Counted from the first letter of the stretch, positions 48,113 through 61,804 are shown. The stretch is 64,000 nt of DNA from Octopus sinensis (GCF_006345805.1 NC_043022.1:16182001-16246000), one strand, 5' to 3'. Translations and numbers: made by a program. Notes: generated from the letters alone by a model not told the origin.

Positions 48113-48952
48113 GTTGTTACTATTTAATTGGTTTGTTTTGTTGGTTGTTATTTCCATCTGTGAAAATCATGGCATGTTTTGAAGAGAAAACACCTGTTAG
48201 GTCCTGTCTGTATATAGGATATTAATTTGCTCCAGCAAGATTATTTGATATCATGATTTGTCTGTAATTATTTTTGGAATATTTTGAATATATTTTTGTC
48301 TTGTTTTGTTTTCAAAAGTTAGAATGGTGGTGAGATGTTAAAGATCAAAGATAAGTTATTCGCAGTCAAAATATGACAGAATTAAATAATCAATATGAGA
48401 AATTTAAAAGGTAACTCGTTAATGTAACATTTCAATTTAGAACAGACAAAAGAGAAATTTTCTGTAAATTTACAAAACAAGAAGAAAAATGGAAAAATCT
48501 TGAAGAAGATAAACATTGAGAATGTAGTTCAATTTTCTTGTTTGTTTTAGAATTAGAAGAGACAGTAGCATTTATTATTGAAAACCTTCACCATTTGAAA
48601 TCTATTTAACATGCTAACTGCCACAGCCCGGTACAAGAACTTCTGTGTGACACCACGTATTTACAGTCACACTGTGTACAAGGAAATGTTATTTGTTTTG
48701 CATTTTCACAATATTTCATAATTAAACTTTAATATTTAGCACTCCTTGAAACCATGTCAAAGATATAGAATAAAATATTTTCTCAAATTATGATAATGTA
48801 GCACTGGTTGTTCATGTGGGGGTTGTGTGAGGTTTGCAATGAACCAATGGTGCTACATGTGGCAGTGAATGTGTTAAGTTATTTATAAGGTGAAAGAAAG
48901 AGATGGTGAATTCAAAGAGTCATTAAAGGGATGCAATATTTGTTCCAACTTG

Positions 48953-49170
48953 AGGCGGCGAGCTGGCAGAATTGTTAGCAGGCTGGGCGAAATGCTTAGT
49001 GATATTTTATCTGTCTTTATGTTCTGAGTTCAAATTCCACTGAGGTTGACTTTGCCTTTCATCCGTTTGGGGTCAATAAATTAAGTACCAGTTGTATACT
49101 GGGGTCAATCTAATCGACTGGCACCCCTCCCCTCAAAATTTCGGGCCTTGTGCCTAGAGTAGAAAAGAAT
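48953..49170 (+). mobile_element. SINE family A, full length
   Basis: gaggcggcgagctggcagaattgttagc...gactttgcctttcatcc...ggggtcaataaattaagtaccag...aaaatttcgggccttgtgcctagagtagaaaaga. Confidence 0.9.
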
Positions 49171-49369
49171 ATTTGTTTCAACTCTCTTTACTCTGAGTTC
49201 AAATCTCACTGAAGTCAACTTTGCCTTTCATTCTTTTGGGATTAAAAAAAAAAACAAAACACCAAGAGAGAGACAATTCATTATATTATCGTATATTTAT
49301 GTTATTGTCTTCATTTTAAGTTAGGCAAAGAAAGAGAAAGTAAGGAAGAAAGGGAAAAGCTAACAAGAA

Positions 49370-49785
49370 GGTGCAGGAGTGGCTGTGTGGTAAGTAGCTT
49401 GCAAACCAGCCACATGGTTCCGGGTTCAGTCCCACTGCGCGACATCTTGGGCAAGTGTCTTCTGCTATAGCCCTGGGCCGACCAATGCCTTGTGAGTGGA
49501 TTTGGTAGACGGAAACTGAAAGAAGCCTGTCGTATATATGTATATATATGTATATGTATGTGTGTGTTTGTGTGTCTGTGTTTGCCCCCCCCCCCAAATC
49601 ACTTGACAACCGATGCTGGTGTGTTTATGTCTCTATCACTTAGCGGTTCGGCAAAAAGAGACTGATAGAATAAGTACTGGGCTTACAAAAGAATAAGTCC
49701 CGGGGTCAAGTTGCTCGATTAAAGGCGGTGCTCCAGCATGGCCGCAGTCAAATGACTGAAACAAGTAAAAGAGTAAGAGTAAGAA
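49370..49785 (+). mobile_element. SINE family B, full length, young
   Basis: ggtgcaggagtggctgtgtggtaagtagc (A box), gggttcagtccc (B box), atcttgggcaagtgtctt (CORE-like), tail gactgaaacaagtaaaagagtaagagtaag. Confidence 0.9.
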
Positions 49786-52700
49786 ATAAAAATAATATTA
49801 GAATTCATGTCTCTTCATCTGTCAAGGTCAAGAAAATCTAAATTTAAGTTTAAATTCAGGTGGCATCGGAAATATTTTGTGTCCACCTATTTTTGGGTGG
49901 GATATCACTCACTTTTTCAAGTATTTGCGCATGCTTTTGCAAAGTTAGATACTCTCATATATTGTACTCTAAGGTAGATTTATGACAACAATTTGTCCTT
50001 TTATCCTACATCCCATGATCATGATCCATTTGAATTTCCCCTTAACTTCTTTTTCTCTTTTGGGAGCAATGTTTTGACTGGGCACTGTTCCATTTTGCTA
50101 TTTTTTTTTTTCATTTAAGGGAGTGAAAAATTATAGAACTTTATAGACTCCCCTCTTCCTCAAAAAGAAAAAAGAAATTCCCACCGAATGCTTAGATGAC
50201 TCTGATTCTCATCTAAAGTATCGGCTTTACTGTTGAGAAGGCACTGAACGTTTACTGTGTTACCTTCCTGGCAGCATAAGAGATTAGGAAAAGAGTTAGA
50301 TAATAGATGAAGTGATGGAGTGTGTAAGTAGATATTAGCACATGGTTTCCTACTCAAGCATGATTCAGTGAATCAATACCAAATACAAATCTATTTGATA
50401 GGCCTTAGAATTTTGCTGACACAGAAAACTTAAGATATAAATATGCTGCAGAAGGTCGAAGGGAGGTTGGTCCCCAGTGAAAGCTTAATGTTCATTTTAT
50501 ACATGTTTATATCTTTCAAAAGCTGTGCATGACGAGCTGCACCTTCCCATTGATATAATAAATCAACAAATATATAATAGTCTGGATATAGAAATAAATG
50601 GAAAATGATTTTGGAAGAATTACCATGTAAACTGTATATTCCATGGAAGACAACATATGCTGAAAAAAAGATATCAGGCCGAACAACAGAAATCCATTTC
50701 AAGATATGGTTTTAAGAAAATTTATTCACTATAAAAATATTGGATGTAAAAAGTGGTTTTATAAGTTATATTTTGAAAAAAAACAGCAAGAAAAAAGAGA
50801 TCCAGAAATAACAATGAAAACCAACTGGAAAAATAATGCCAAAAATTTCCCTTATTCAACATTAAAGTGTATTTTTTTATGGCATGAGTAAACATGGTTG
50901 TCATTAAAACTGATGAGATGGATGAGTCTAGTTTAGAATCATTTGTTGTGTGTTTTAGTTATGGTAGTTTTGTAACATCGCACTATGATTTTAGTGAATA
51001 GGCTCATAACATCAGAGAATAGATTGGATGTCTAAGGCTTAAAATCGAAACTTTTGTTTGAACCATTGCGTCTAGAATCAGTTTGCTCATGAAAACCAAC
51101 ATCAACGTTATATAATTAATTCAAAAGTTTGGATCAATGTTTATATAGCCAACAATACTACCAACTTGAAAGGCTTTCAAATTCAATATCTTTGCATGAA
51201 TCACTATAGGAATCGTTTGTAAAATCCATACAAAGGAAAAGAGAAAAATGCTTCAGCAAAATATCAAAAAAAGAAGAAAAAAAAAAATAGAAAAAGGATG
51301 AGCAAATTCAAACTTAAACTTAGTCTAGTGAATATATGCAAATCACAAATGTATTTATCATCTCTAAAGCTTCCAGGGTTTTTATTGTTAGTATTTTTCG
51401 TATGCTTCCTGCCAAAAATCAGGAAAGATTCCAATATACAAGTGTTGTAAGCTTAAAGGATAATTAAGTCTGCCATGATTTGCATGTTTGCCAATCAGCT
51501 TTAAAACTGATCCAGGATTGTTTATTGAACAAAACATCATAAACTGTGTTGGGCAGATTAAAAATATCCTTCCCACCTCAATATTAGCGTGAATAATATG
51601 ATTCCACAACATCTCCTCGCACAAACTGTGTGGGTATTTTTACTTTTTGCAAATCCAACTGCCTGGCTACCGACCATCACAGTGGAATGATGTATGATTT
51701 GTTTTGGGGTTTGGACGTAATATTTTAATCTCTCTCGAACATATTTAAGAACCCAGCTGCTGTTACACAGTGCCTTTTGAATTATTATTTCAAAATCCAT
51801 AGCATGGAGCTACGATATATGTAACTAAAAAGCTCATTGGGTTGAAAATGAAATGGGAATTTTCATAGGATTTTAGCTAAAACTGAGATACGGTAAGGGA
51901 AAACTATCTGTTATGTGATAGTGAAGATTGACTTAAAAGGATTGGCTGTAAATAAAATAAAGTGCAGAAACCTAACAGCAAATTACATTTATGAATATTT
52001 AGAATTTTAATATTAAATATTGGAATTTAAGCTAAAGAAGTCATGAAGTGAGAGAGAGAGAGAGGGGGGGGAAACAAATGACAGTTTTACACCTTAAAAT
52101 GGGAGTCATCAGCTATTATAAAGTAGCATGCTTATAAATTCACTGTTTTATGTAGCATTTCCCATATCAATGTAAATGCTAATATTCCGGTCTTTCTACT
52201 ATATTTAAAATGTTTCAAAACCAAAATAAAAAAAAGACAGAAATCCAAAATGCTGCAACAGGGTTTTCCTGTTCTTCACCAAATTTTATTAACTTCATTT
52301 ATGACATTATCTATTTGTTCAGCTTTATTAACACATTAATTTTCACTTTGAGCTTTATTTCATAATATAGGAGGAGGAGAGGAAAACAAGCAAACAATTT
52401 CTTTATGCTTTCACCTTTGCCATGTTTTTTGAGGGTTTCTTACTCCCTTCCATATATGGAATTTTTGCAGAATGAAAATCAAACCATCAATTGTGTTATA
52501 TATATGTTTTTAATTTTATAATATATATTTAGAATCTTTCATTATTAAGTCTATAAAATTTGTAGGAAATTAGAATGGTAGGCAAACTGCATTATTGATT
52601 TTGTAGTTTGTTTGCCTACCTTCCATATCCTTCCACCAAAATCAACCTAAAAATTCTTTCTTTCTTTCCCCCCAACAAAACTGACCACCACCTGGGAACA

Positions 52701-52789
52701 TCTACCTTCCCCTCCAAGATAAATAGTAACGGATCTCACTCTACTGAACATTGATAACCTTGTCCCTCTTTCCACTAATATTGGTTTCA

Positions 52790-53000
52790 AATTTTGGAAC
52801 AGAGCCAGTAATTTTGGGAAGCTGATTACATCAACTCCTCCCCATCAACTCATTAATCAACTGGTACTTAATTATCAACCCACAAAAAAATGAAAGGCAA
52901 AGTCAACCATGGCAGAATTTGAACTTAGAACGTAAAGACAGAGGAAATTTTGCTTAGCATTTCACCTGGCATGCTAATGATTCTGTTATCTTGCTGTCAT
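52790..53000 (-). mobile_element. SINE family A, diverged
   Basis: ctggtacttaattatcaaccc...tgaaaggcaaagtcaacc...gcagaatttgaacttagaacgtaaagacag. Confidence 0.7.
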
Positions 53001-53329
53001 CCTCTTTCCACTAATACTGTTTTTGTGAATAATTGTATATTACAAAGTTTAGCGAAATAATTTCTATTTTTCTTTATTTTGAAATGTGGCCTTGTCAAAT
53101 GGCAATTAACTTCAGTTTGGCTCTCAACTTGAAAAAAGATTCCCCGCTTTCACTTTAGTTGACCCAAATAATAATGATGCTTTTAGGAGTTACCTCCCAT
53201 TGATATTATTTTAAAGCAATTAAACTTGTGTATCTAACTTGTATCCTTCTGTTGTGTGTCTGCAATCATTTTAATAAATATTAAAATTATATATATATAG
53301 AAATTTTCACTTCATATTTAAATATTCTA

Positions 53330-53640
53330 GAAGTAGACTGCCATAATCCTCGTTCAAATATTTTTACAATATTGATCTCCATGTGTCTAACACACGTGGA
53401 CATGACTACAAAGTTAGAAAACAGCACAGCTCCCATGACTTTTTTCACGCTCAGAGTTGCTGAAGCATGGAACAAACTGCCTGCGTTAGTTGTTGACTGC
53501 CATGACACTGCATCCTTTAAGGCCCTCATGCTTTCCGAAATCCGCCAAAACTACACCTAATTATACATACACTTTAGATGAGTTGTAGTGCACCTGAGCA
53601 CTGTACACAATGTTTTATTATTATTATTATTATATATGAT
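53330..53640 (+). mobile_element. CR1-clade LINE 3' end with (TTA)n tail
   Basis: TRGHDYKVRKQHSSHD / FFTLRVAEAWNKLPALVVDCHDTASFK, matching the CR1 RGHxxKL..FFxxRVVxxWNxLP signature, then a short UTR and (tta)n. Confidence 0.85.
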
Positions 53641-54944
53641 AATTGTGGAAAAAATTATTATTATTATTTGAGATTGAATATCAACAGTAATTGTGCTACT
53701 TAAATATTATTATTATTATTAGTGAAGCAGATATTAATAATTATCAAAAACAATTAAGAAAATTTGTGAAATTTCTTCACTAAGCTCTTGGTTTATTTAA
53801 TCTTATTAACAGCTACAAATAGGACCAAATTTTAAAAACATTATTTTATAATTTCAGTTTTAATCTAATTTTCAAACTGTGCATGTGTGTGTACATGCAC
53901 ACAATAGATATTGTTTTTATTTCTGCTCTAGAGTCTTTGCATTGCAACTCCAGTTGTTTTTGCCAAAAAGCCAGTTACTGTATAACTAGTCTAAATATTT
54001 TGAACCGTAGCATTGCTTTAGATTAGATTTTCCTACAATTCCACTAGAATACCAAATACTATTGCATTAATGCGAGACAGTTGCTAGTTGTGTACTAGGA
54101 TTTTTTTTGTTTTTTTGCTTTTTAGCAATAAATAAGACAACTACTTTGAACATAAGTTCAGCTTTTATCATTACTGATAAAAGAAATATATATTTTTTTT
54201 ATGAAAGCAAAAACTGATTTATTCATTTTCCATAATTGTAAGTAGGTAATAAAGAATCAATAATCCAAGCTACCTCTTAAAACTGCTGAAGGTATGACTA
54301 ATTGAGTGAGATTAGCTTTGAAGTAAGGAAAGAAACTAATGTTATTTACAAATGTTGAGTTTTAATTTGAAGAACCATGGAACCAAAATTCTCTCGTATC
54401 AAGTTTCTGAAATGTACTTCAATTGATGATGTCTGTGTTAACTTAAAATTTGGATCACTACATGGTTCCTGTTTTGTATTAAAAAAAAAACAAAAAAAAC
54501 ATGTATAAGCATTTAAAAAAATGTTTCTGCTTATTTAAAAACTCATTGAAGTTAAATATTTGATAAAATTTCATTTCACACTATTCTGAAAGCTTATCAA
54601 ATATCAGTATTTGTATTGTTATCTCTCCATTAAAAAAACAAACAAACAACTTAGCACTTTTCACTCAATCTTCCTTATCAAGTGACATCAATAAACATGC
54701 CATCTGTATTTTTTACACTTTCACCCAATAATATGCGGTGCCTTATTTTGTGAGCTGCATTTGTAGCTCTACATCAAAAAGGAAACCAAGATAGTGTTTC
54801 AGATATAAAACAGAGAACATTGCTGAATAGTTAAAGTACCTGTCTGATAATGAAAGACTAAGTTCAAATCATACCTGTGAATGATACTTTGACAAGTCAA
54901 TGAAGGAGCCTTTTGGTGGGTGGCAGTGGAGGAAATAAGTCAAT

Positions 54945-55105
54945 CTGTTAGAAATAGCAGCCAAATCTTACTCAAAGGATGTGATATTTTAAGCAGAAGG
55001 ACATACTAGATAATATAATCTTATATAGACCCTTAGAGATGGGTTGGCTACAGGTGGAATGGTTGCTCCATTATGGTCAGACTAGGGTGAAGTAACAACA
55101 AGGTG
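54945..55105 (+). mobile_element. Family D repeat
   Basis: ctgttagaaatagcagccaaatcttactcaaag...ttaagcagaaggacatactagataat...gtggaatgg...gtaacaacaa. Confidence 0.5.
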
Positions 55106-55310
55106 TACAATTTATCTTTGGTAAAATAGAAAAGTGAGAGATGCAGGAATGTATATTTGACTTGTATTTCATTAAAAGACAATCAGAAGTCACCATGTAA
55201 GCTAACTCTTTCATTAAATTAATGTTTTTTTGATTGTTGAAAGACAGTGAAATATAAAATTTGTCTGTTCACAAAGGGAAATTAACTTTTGAGCAAAATC
55301 AGAATGATTT

Positions 55311-55550
55311 TAGCCCCTTTTTTGTTACCATATTTCTGTTGCAATACATTGCCTTCGCTTCAATTAGTTCTTAAATTAATAAAGAATTTAGCAAAATAAT
55401 TTTGTCATTATTCAGTTGGTGTTTGGAACATAAAATTAGCAATTTTGAGGGAAGGGTTTAATTTACTTCACTTTAAATCTGCAAAATTGCATCATAGCAA
55501 CAAGAGGCAGGTCACTTGCCATTTTGGTATCAAATGAATTGAAACAAAAT
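55311..55550 (-). mobile_element. piggyBac-like MITE
   Basis: ttagcccctttttttgttaccatatttctgttg...tttgtcattattcagttggtgtttggaacataaaattagc, the reverse complement of the 42365 type. Confidence 0.6.
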
Positions 55551-55789
55551 GCATGGAGTTGAAAATATATTTTCTATTTGCTAACCAATTAATTCATATG
55601 GAAAGAAAATATTCTACTGAACCAAATTCCTTTGAGTTCGAAAGACCAACATATAAATGTTTAGAAGTAAAACTTACCTATTTTAGAGTAGGTTTTCACA
55701 ATGGTAATAGAGGACAGTGAAAAAAATTTGATTAACTGAGAATAATTACTGACATACCAGTAAATGAACTACACTAACCTTATTCATTT

Positions 55790-56035
55790 ATTCTTTCACT
55801 TGTTTCAATCACTGGGCCTTGGAGGGTTCAGTCAATGAGATCGACTCCAATAGTTTAGTGTTTAGTGTGGTGCTTATTCTATTGGTTCCCTATTGCCAAA
55901 CCACTAGGTTGCAGGAACTTATACAAAACAACACCAATTGTCAAGTAGTGAAACAACACAACACAAAGATGTCCATTCACACACTCTCTCTGTCTCTTCT
56001 CTCTCTCTCTCACACATACACTTACACACTCTTCC

Positions 56036-56069
<34 letters not shown>

Positions 56070-56205
56070 GGCTTTCATACAGTTCCTATCCACCAAATTC
56101 ACAAACATTGGCCAACCTGGGGCTAAAATGTTGTGTAGTGGGACTGAACCCCAAACCACATGATTACAAAGTGAACTTCTTATCTACTCAATAGTACCTG
56201 TGCCT
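55790..56205 (-). mobile_element. SINE family B, diverged, with (CT)(CA)n interior
   Basis: ttcacttgtttcaatcactggg...gccaaaccactag...ggctttcatacagttcctatccaccaaattcac...gtgggactgaaccc. Confidence 0.7.
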
Positions 56206-56337
56206 GTAGACATACTAAAACCAAATTTCTCTTAACTTTTTCTTTTTTTTTTGTATGTTTGTTTTATCCTCATGTCAAAGAAATTTTCATAAAAGAGGAG
56301 TAGCAGTGAAAAATATTGCAAATTCCAAACTCTCTTG

Positions 56338-56727
56338 ATCTTCTTAAGCCCTTCACTCCCCGTGGAGCAGAGGCCATAGGCAACTTTTCTCCACTGACTT
56401 GTCTGTTTCTTCCCAGTTGGCCCCTTGCTTTCCCTTTGCATCTCCCTTTCAGATTTTATTACACCACAACATGTTTCCCTGAGGTGAAAGCTTTCCTCTT
56501 CCAGTTCTTGTTGGTTTTGAATTGTCATCAATGCTTTTGCAACTTAACTTTTTGCTAGTTAGGGTTATTGACCCCTATGCAAGCCTGTCCTTACCCCTTG
56601 GAAAAGGTGGTCCATATTAGTCTGGCCTTTATCCTTTGTCCTATCCAAAATGGGAAGCCCTGCCAAGAGCCTGCACTATGCCAACATGGCTTTCAAGGTC
56701 ATTGAGGCACACTAGCCACCATGGCAC
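56338..56727 (-). mobile_element. Second RTE lineage: putative 5' UTR fused to the ORF C-terminus and 3' end (internal-deletion derivative)
   Basis: The - strand 3' end encodes WRKVAYGLCSTGSEGLK, an RTE C-terminal WRxxVxGLCSTxSE motif. About 190 nt upstream, gtgcctcaatgaccttgaaagccatg...gcataggggtcaataaccctaactagcaaaaa resembles RTE 5' UTRs as I recall them. Confidence 0.6.
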
Positions 56728-57299
56728 TGCAAGGACTGGACGACCATGTGGTGGAAACTCTCTTGATACTGGCTTTGAATTATATCTCAAGACAAGGCCA
56801 CATTATTCCATTTGTTCTGACTTGTCTAAAGTTAGAACATACTTCCCAGCTGCAGTCGAGTGAGTAAAACCAGAAGAGCATCCACGCATGAGATATGTGC
56901 TCCACCGAATGGTTTCTTTTTTCCAGATTTAATATTTTAATGCATTCTTGCAATTTTTCTTATTTTAAACTGGAAACGACTTTCTTCCTCTCTGTTGTAC
57001 CACTGTATTATAATCAATCATTTAATCTCAGGTTAATTTAACTTGATGACATTTCCACTGCTAGTCATATTTCTAAAAATTGCATTACTATTCTTCATTG
57101 ATCATTTATTTAATTATATTCGTTTGTGTCTTGTAGAAATAAATTAATACATTGTTTAGACAGATAAATCAATTTGCACTAAATGCTACAAGTAATTTTG
57201 TGATAAATTTTATTATTCCATTTTCAAATATTACAGTATTATTGAGGAGCTTGGCAAAAAAATTTATATTTCTAGTATTGTTTTATAGATGTAGGCATT

Positions 57300-57303
57300 A
57301 TTA

Positions 57304-57356
<53 letters not shown>

Positions 57357-57372
57357 GTTATTATTATTATTA
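57300..57372. repeat. (ATT)n microsatellite
   Basis: Seen directly. Further (GA)n at 57640-57696 and (ATT)n at 57893-57970. Confidence 0.95.
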
Positions 57373-57648
57373 ATAAAATGTTGAGAGGAAATTATAATAG
57401 ATTAATAGTTATTAAAAATTTGGTTGCTGAAAGAATCTCTTGAGCTTAAAAGAATACTTAATTTCTCCTTTAATGGTACCTGCCTTTCCTTGTTTCTTTT
57501 CAGTTTCTTAAATGCCTTTAGTACGATATTAATTTGACCTATTTAAAGAAACTCGAAAATAAAAGTGAAAGTAACTCTAAAATATAATCTAGAATTATTC
57601 AAGTCAAAGAAAATATTGGAAAAAAAAAAGAAATTTTCTGAGAGAGAG

Positions 57649-57699
<51 letters not shown>

Positions 57700-57892
57700 T
57701 GGTTTATTTTTCCATTCATTTTTAATCAATTTTATAATTAGCATCAAAAAGAAAATTGATAAGAAATGCTATTCTTAAATGACAGTTATTTAAAATTACA
57801 TATATTTAGTTACTGTCTGTTGATCTTGAGTGAACTACTTTCTGTTCTTTGCTATTGCCAACAAATATTATTATTAAAAATAAATAGGCAAA

Positions 57893-57935
<43 letters not shown>

Positions 57936-57970
57936 GCATTATTATTATTATTATTATTATCATTATTATT

Positions 57971-58199
57971 AAGGTGGTGAGCTACCAGAATCATTAGCAT
58001 GCCAGGCAAATACTTTGTGGCATTTTCTCTATCCTTATGTTCTGAGTTCAAATTCTGTCGAGGTCGACTTTGGCTTTCATCCCTTCAGATTCGATAAATT
58101 AAGAACCAGTGAAACACTGGTGTCGATGTAATCAACTAGTCTCCTCCCAACAAATCTGAGGCCTTGTGCCTCCAGTGGAATGGATTATTATTATCATTA

Positions 58200-58210
<11 letters not shown>
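57971..58210 (+). mobile_element. SINE family A with (ATT)n tail
   Basis: aaggtggtgagctaccagaatcattagc...gttctgagttcaaattctgtcgaggtcgactttggctttcatccc. A weaker copy follows at ~58250-58420. Confidence 0.8.
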
Positions 58211-58230
<20 letters not shown>

Positions 58231-60425
58231 AGTGGTGGAGTAACAGAATTGATAAAGTTGAAACAAAAAATGCCTTGCAGTATTTGTCCTGACTCTTTAA
58301 GCTTTACCATTCATCTCTCCAGGGTTGATAAAATAAAATACCATTCTAATACTGGAGGATTTGATCCAATTAGCTGACCACTCAAGATTTCTGGCCTTGT
58401 GCCTAAATTAGAAATAATTATTAAATATATTATTGTTGTTGTTTGTAGCAAGATACTACCACCAAAAGAAACTCTGCCTGGATAACTTTATTCCTTGCTC
58501 CCTCAATGCCCCTTTCACTCCATTCAGCCTGAATCCCTGAATTTGAATAAACCAAAGTAAGCAGTCAAGGGATTTGGGGTCATGAGAGTGATTGAGTGGG
58601 TCCAGTATCTTTTAGAAATTTTAGAAGAAAAATGTTTTAAATAGATCACTTTCACCACCATTGTTCCAGTGGTTTACGCTCTCAGGAATTGAAACCTCTA
58701 TTCCAATGTCCCTCATATATATGCATGCATGTGTGCACACGAGTGTGTATGTATTTATATATTACATATACCTCTATTTTACAGAAATTATATTTATAAT
58801 CTTAAGGAATTTGTAAAAAGGTGGATGACTGTGGCAAAAATGGTTAGGATGAGTGGCCCTATTCTAAGCTTACAACTGTAAATCGGAGAACACCAATTGG
58901 TGAGGGGCTTGTGCCATTGATGATCAGGGCAATCCTAGATCTGTGGGGTTCTTTGGTTGGTCACTGATGAATGTTTTGCTGTATCAGAAGAACTTCATCA
59001 TTCAGTGTTCTCCTACTTTTATCCCATTTCACTATCTTTTCCTTTCCCCTCATCTTTTATGTGAACCCACCACACACATTGTCGACTGTCCTTCTGATGA
59101 TTTCCTCGTCTGTGCCCCCGTTTGGCAAATAAAAGAAATCATTATTGTTATTATTATTATTATTTGGTTCTTTTGAAAATCATTCAAATTCAAAATGGCT
59201 GTTACTAAAGCTATGTTTATATAATTTTACATAATTAGAAACAAAAAGGAGGATGTTGTAGAAATATGGAAAAAATAAATACATGATACAGGAAAATTAT
59301 CCCTCGAATTTTAGAAAAGAGCAAATTTACAGCTAAAAATGAGAGATGGTGTGAGGAGAGGTAGTGGGAGGAAGGGTAGGCAGTATAGTGTGAGTTCATT
59401 TCCTGGTTACACAGATATACGTAACTCAGGCTTGGTAACATATATATGCATGCATGCATGCATGTGTGCACACGAGTGTGTATGTATTTATATATTACAT
59501 ATGCCTCTATTATACAGAAATTATATTTATAATCTTTATATGTATATATATATACATATGTAAAATAGAGGTAAATGCAATATATATATATATACATACA
59601 TACATATACATACACATACATTGTATATGTATGCACATTCATACATGCTTATATGGATATATATTTATGTATATACATATATATGTATGTATGCATATTG
59701 CAGTTCCTTCTAAAAAGTGCATAGTTTTATTTCTTTTTTCTAATTTTCTCGTGTGAGCAGATCATTTATCTGTTGTAGCTTTGATCTTATCCACATTTGT
59801 TATTGATATTTTTATAACAGCTAATTGTAAAATGTAGATCATACATTACAGCTACTTGCACCCCACCCACACCATCCCCCACTGGTATCACACTTTACTG
59901 ATAAATCATTCATATTCTATAGGTCTCTCTTTTTTTTTTTGTGAATACTAAATGAGATTATTGAAGAACTTTAGAAGGAAAATGAGCCAACACTAACTGG
60001 AACAAGCTTGATGTATTTTGTAGATGTTTAATTTCTTGCTGTCATAAAACTGAGAAAACACTTCTTGCAATTGATGTAAACATATAGAGAGTAGAGGTAT
60101 TCTAATACCAGTAATTAGCTCTTGGAAAGGTCTGGAATGCTTTTTATGTTGATCATAGGTTTACATTTAAGAGTATCTGAGACTGTACTAATGTGTCCTC
60201 CATTTTTTTAAAGATGCCAGGGTGTGATTTAAGGACGATTTGTCTATTAATTCTAGTAGATTGATATGGATGTCCAAGTAGAGGCTTGAAAGGAATTGGT
60301 TTTTCTTAGTTTGTTAGGTGATCTGGTTCTTTGGGTGGCTAGTATGATTGTGACTTGGCAATCTAGTCATTAGCCCTTTAATTACAAAATTAAATTTCAT
60401 GGTTATTCCAGTGATGATGTTAAAT

Positions 60426-60720
60426 CATCATCATCGTTTAGCGTCCGCTTTCCATACTAGCATGGGTTGGACGGTTCAACTGGGGTCTGGGAAGCCAGAA
60501 GGCTGCACCAGGCCCAGTCTGATCTGGCAATGTTTCTACAGCTGGATGCCCTTCCTAACGCCAACCACTCCATGAGTGTAGTGGGTGCTTTTTACATGCC
60601 ATCTGCACAGGTGTCAGACAAGTCTGGCAAACGGCCACGGTCGGATGGTGCTTTTTACGTGCCACCAGCACGGAGGCCAGGCGAGGCTGGCAACGGCCAC
60701 GATCGGATGGTGCTTTTTAC
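60426..60720 (-). mobile_element. RTE 3' end (R1), young, two-plus 63-bp units, 7-bp TSD
   Basis: Flanked by gttaaat at 60419-60425 and 60721-60727. Units start at 60584, 60647 and 60709. Confidence 0.85.
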
Positions 60721-61804
60721 GTTAAATATCTACCAAAAATAGAATTGGCATTTTCTGTGAGTCCTGATGCCTCAATAAACTTGATACATCTTAACAAAGA
60801 CTAGTTCCAAAAATGACATTCCACAATAAAAGATCGAGTGGTTTACACAAAACTGCTTTCTGCAGTTAAGTGTAATGAAATTTGGAGTGGATGTATCTGA
60901 TTTCTACAGTAATATGGTTAATATAAATTTTACTACAGTTAGTGGCCCCTCAGAGAGGTTCACATATTTTAGCTGGTTAAATTATTGGACAGATATCTAG
61001 AGTCCAGGAAGAATTTCCTGTTCTACTTTTAATTTGCAGCTCAGTAAAGTATTGTTTCAATAACTAATGTAAACCATTTTGCTAAAAACAAATGAGAAAA
61101 TGTTTAGGTTAATCTCCCTACTTGTGGGCCAAACATGCCACTTAAACAACTGAATTAGATGTATTCTGACAAAATGTTTCAATATAACATCTGTTGACAG
61201 AGCTCTTTCTCTTTCCATGATCATTATTCTATCAACTTTGAGTGCCTCAGGGTCCGGTTATATTTCCTGTATATTTCCTTTTTTTTTTATACATTGATAG
61301 TCAACTCACTGTAATATTTGGTCACATTCATGTTCCTATGACAGTAGCACCTTACACAAATTTCTCTCTCTCTCTTTCTCTTTCTCTCTCTCTCTTTCTA
61401 ATTCATCCACTTACATCTGCAATATCTTTTATCAAGACTTGGAAGTTCTCCTTAAATGCTGCCAATCAAAATAACCTGATCGCACATACATGACGTGCTG
61501 CAAAGAAACAACACTCCATCACTTCTGCTCTTGTAAGCCATTCAGCTCACAGTCATAACAAGCAATGGCAACTCACAAACATTCAATATTCTTTACACAA
61601 CCATACTAACAAAGGTTTGTTTTCTTCTTCAGAGTCAGAAAATGCTAACACGTTCTTCTTTCTTTCCTTTCTTTTCTACAAAACACAGATATCCTCTTGG
61701 TTAAGATATTAGCAATATTTCAGAAACAGTGCATCACACACATGTGCACAGACCTCACTTACTTTACTTGATATCATTATGATTAAATGATTATCTTAAA
61801 TCTC

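Noticed and set aside
48320-48520. Lys/Glu-rich frame (MTELNNQYEKFK*...EEKWKNLEEDKH) with a gtaact donor-like site
   Set aside because: Weak acceptor, implied 30-nt intron too short, AT-rich composition explains the residues, and no motif recognised.
50160-50300. Strong-looking - strand acceptor (ctaac branch, pyrimidine tract, ccag) opening EGNTVNVQCLLNSKADTLDENQSHLSIRWEF
   Set aside because: No convincing donor, no homology, and no supporting neighbouring exons.
50900-51220. Apparent long inverted repeat (aaacttttg/caaaagttt and other short matches)
   Set aside because: The matching words do not share a common symmetry axis.
58449-58556. 108-nt segment between a tgtag acceptor and a gtaagc donor
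   Set aside because: Stop codons occur in all three frames.
45831-59100. Other CTGATGA words (45831, 46451, 50910, 58964, 59094, and minus-strand 4841, 38323)
   Set aside because: None is followed by a helix II closed by GAAA plus a matching NUH and helix I.
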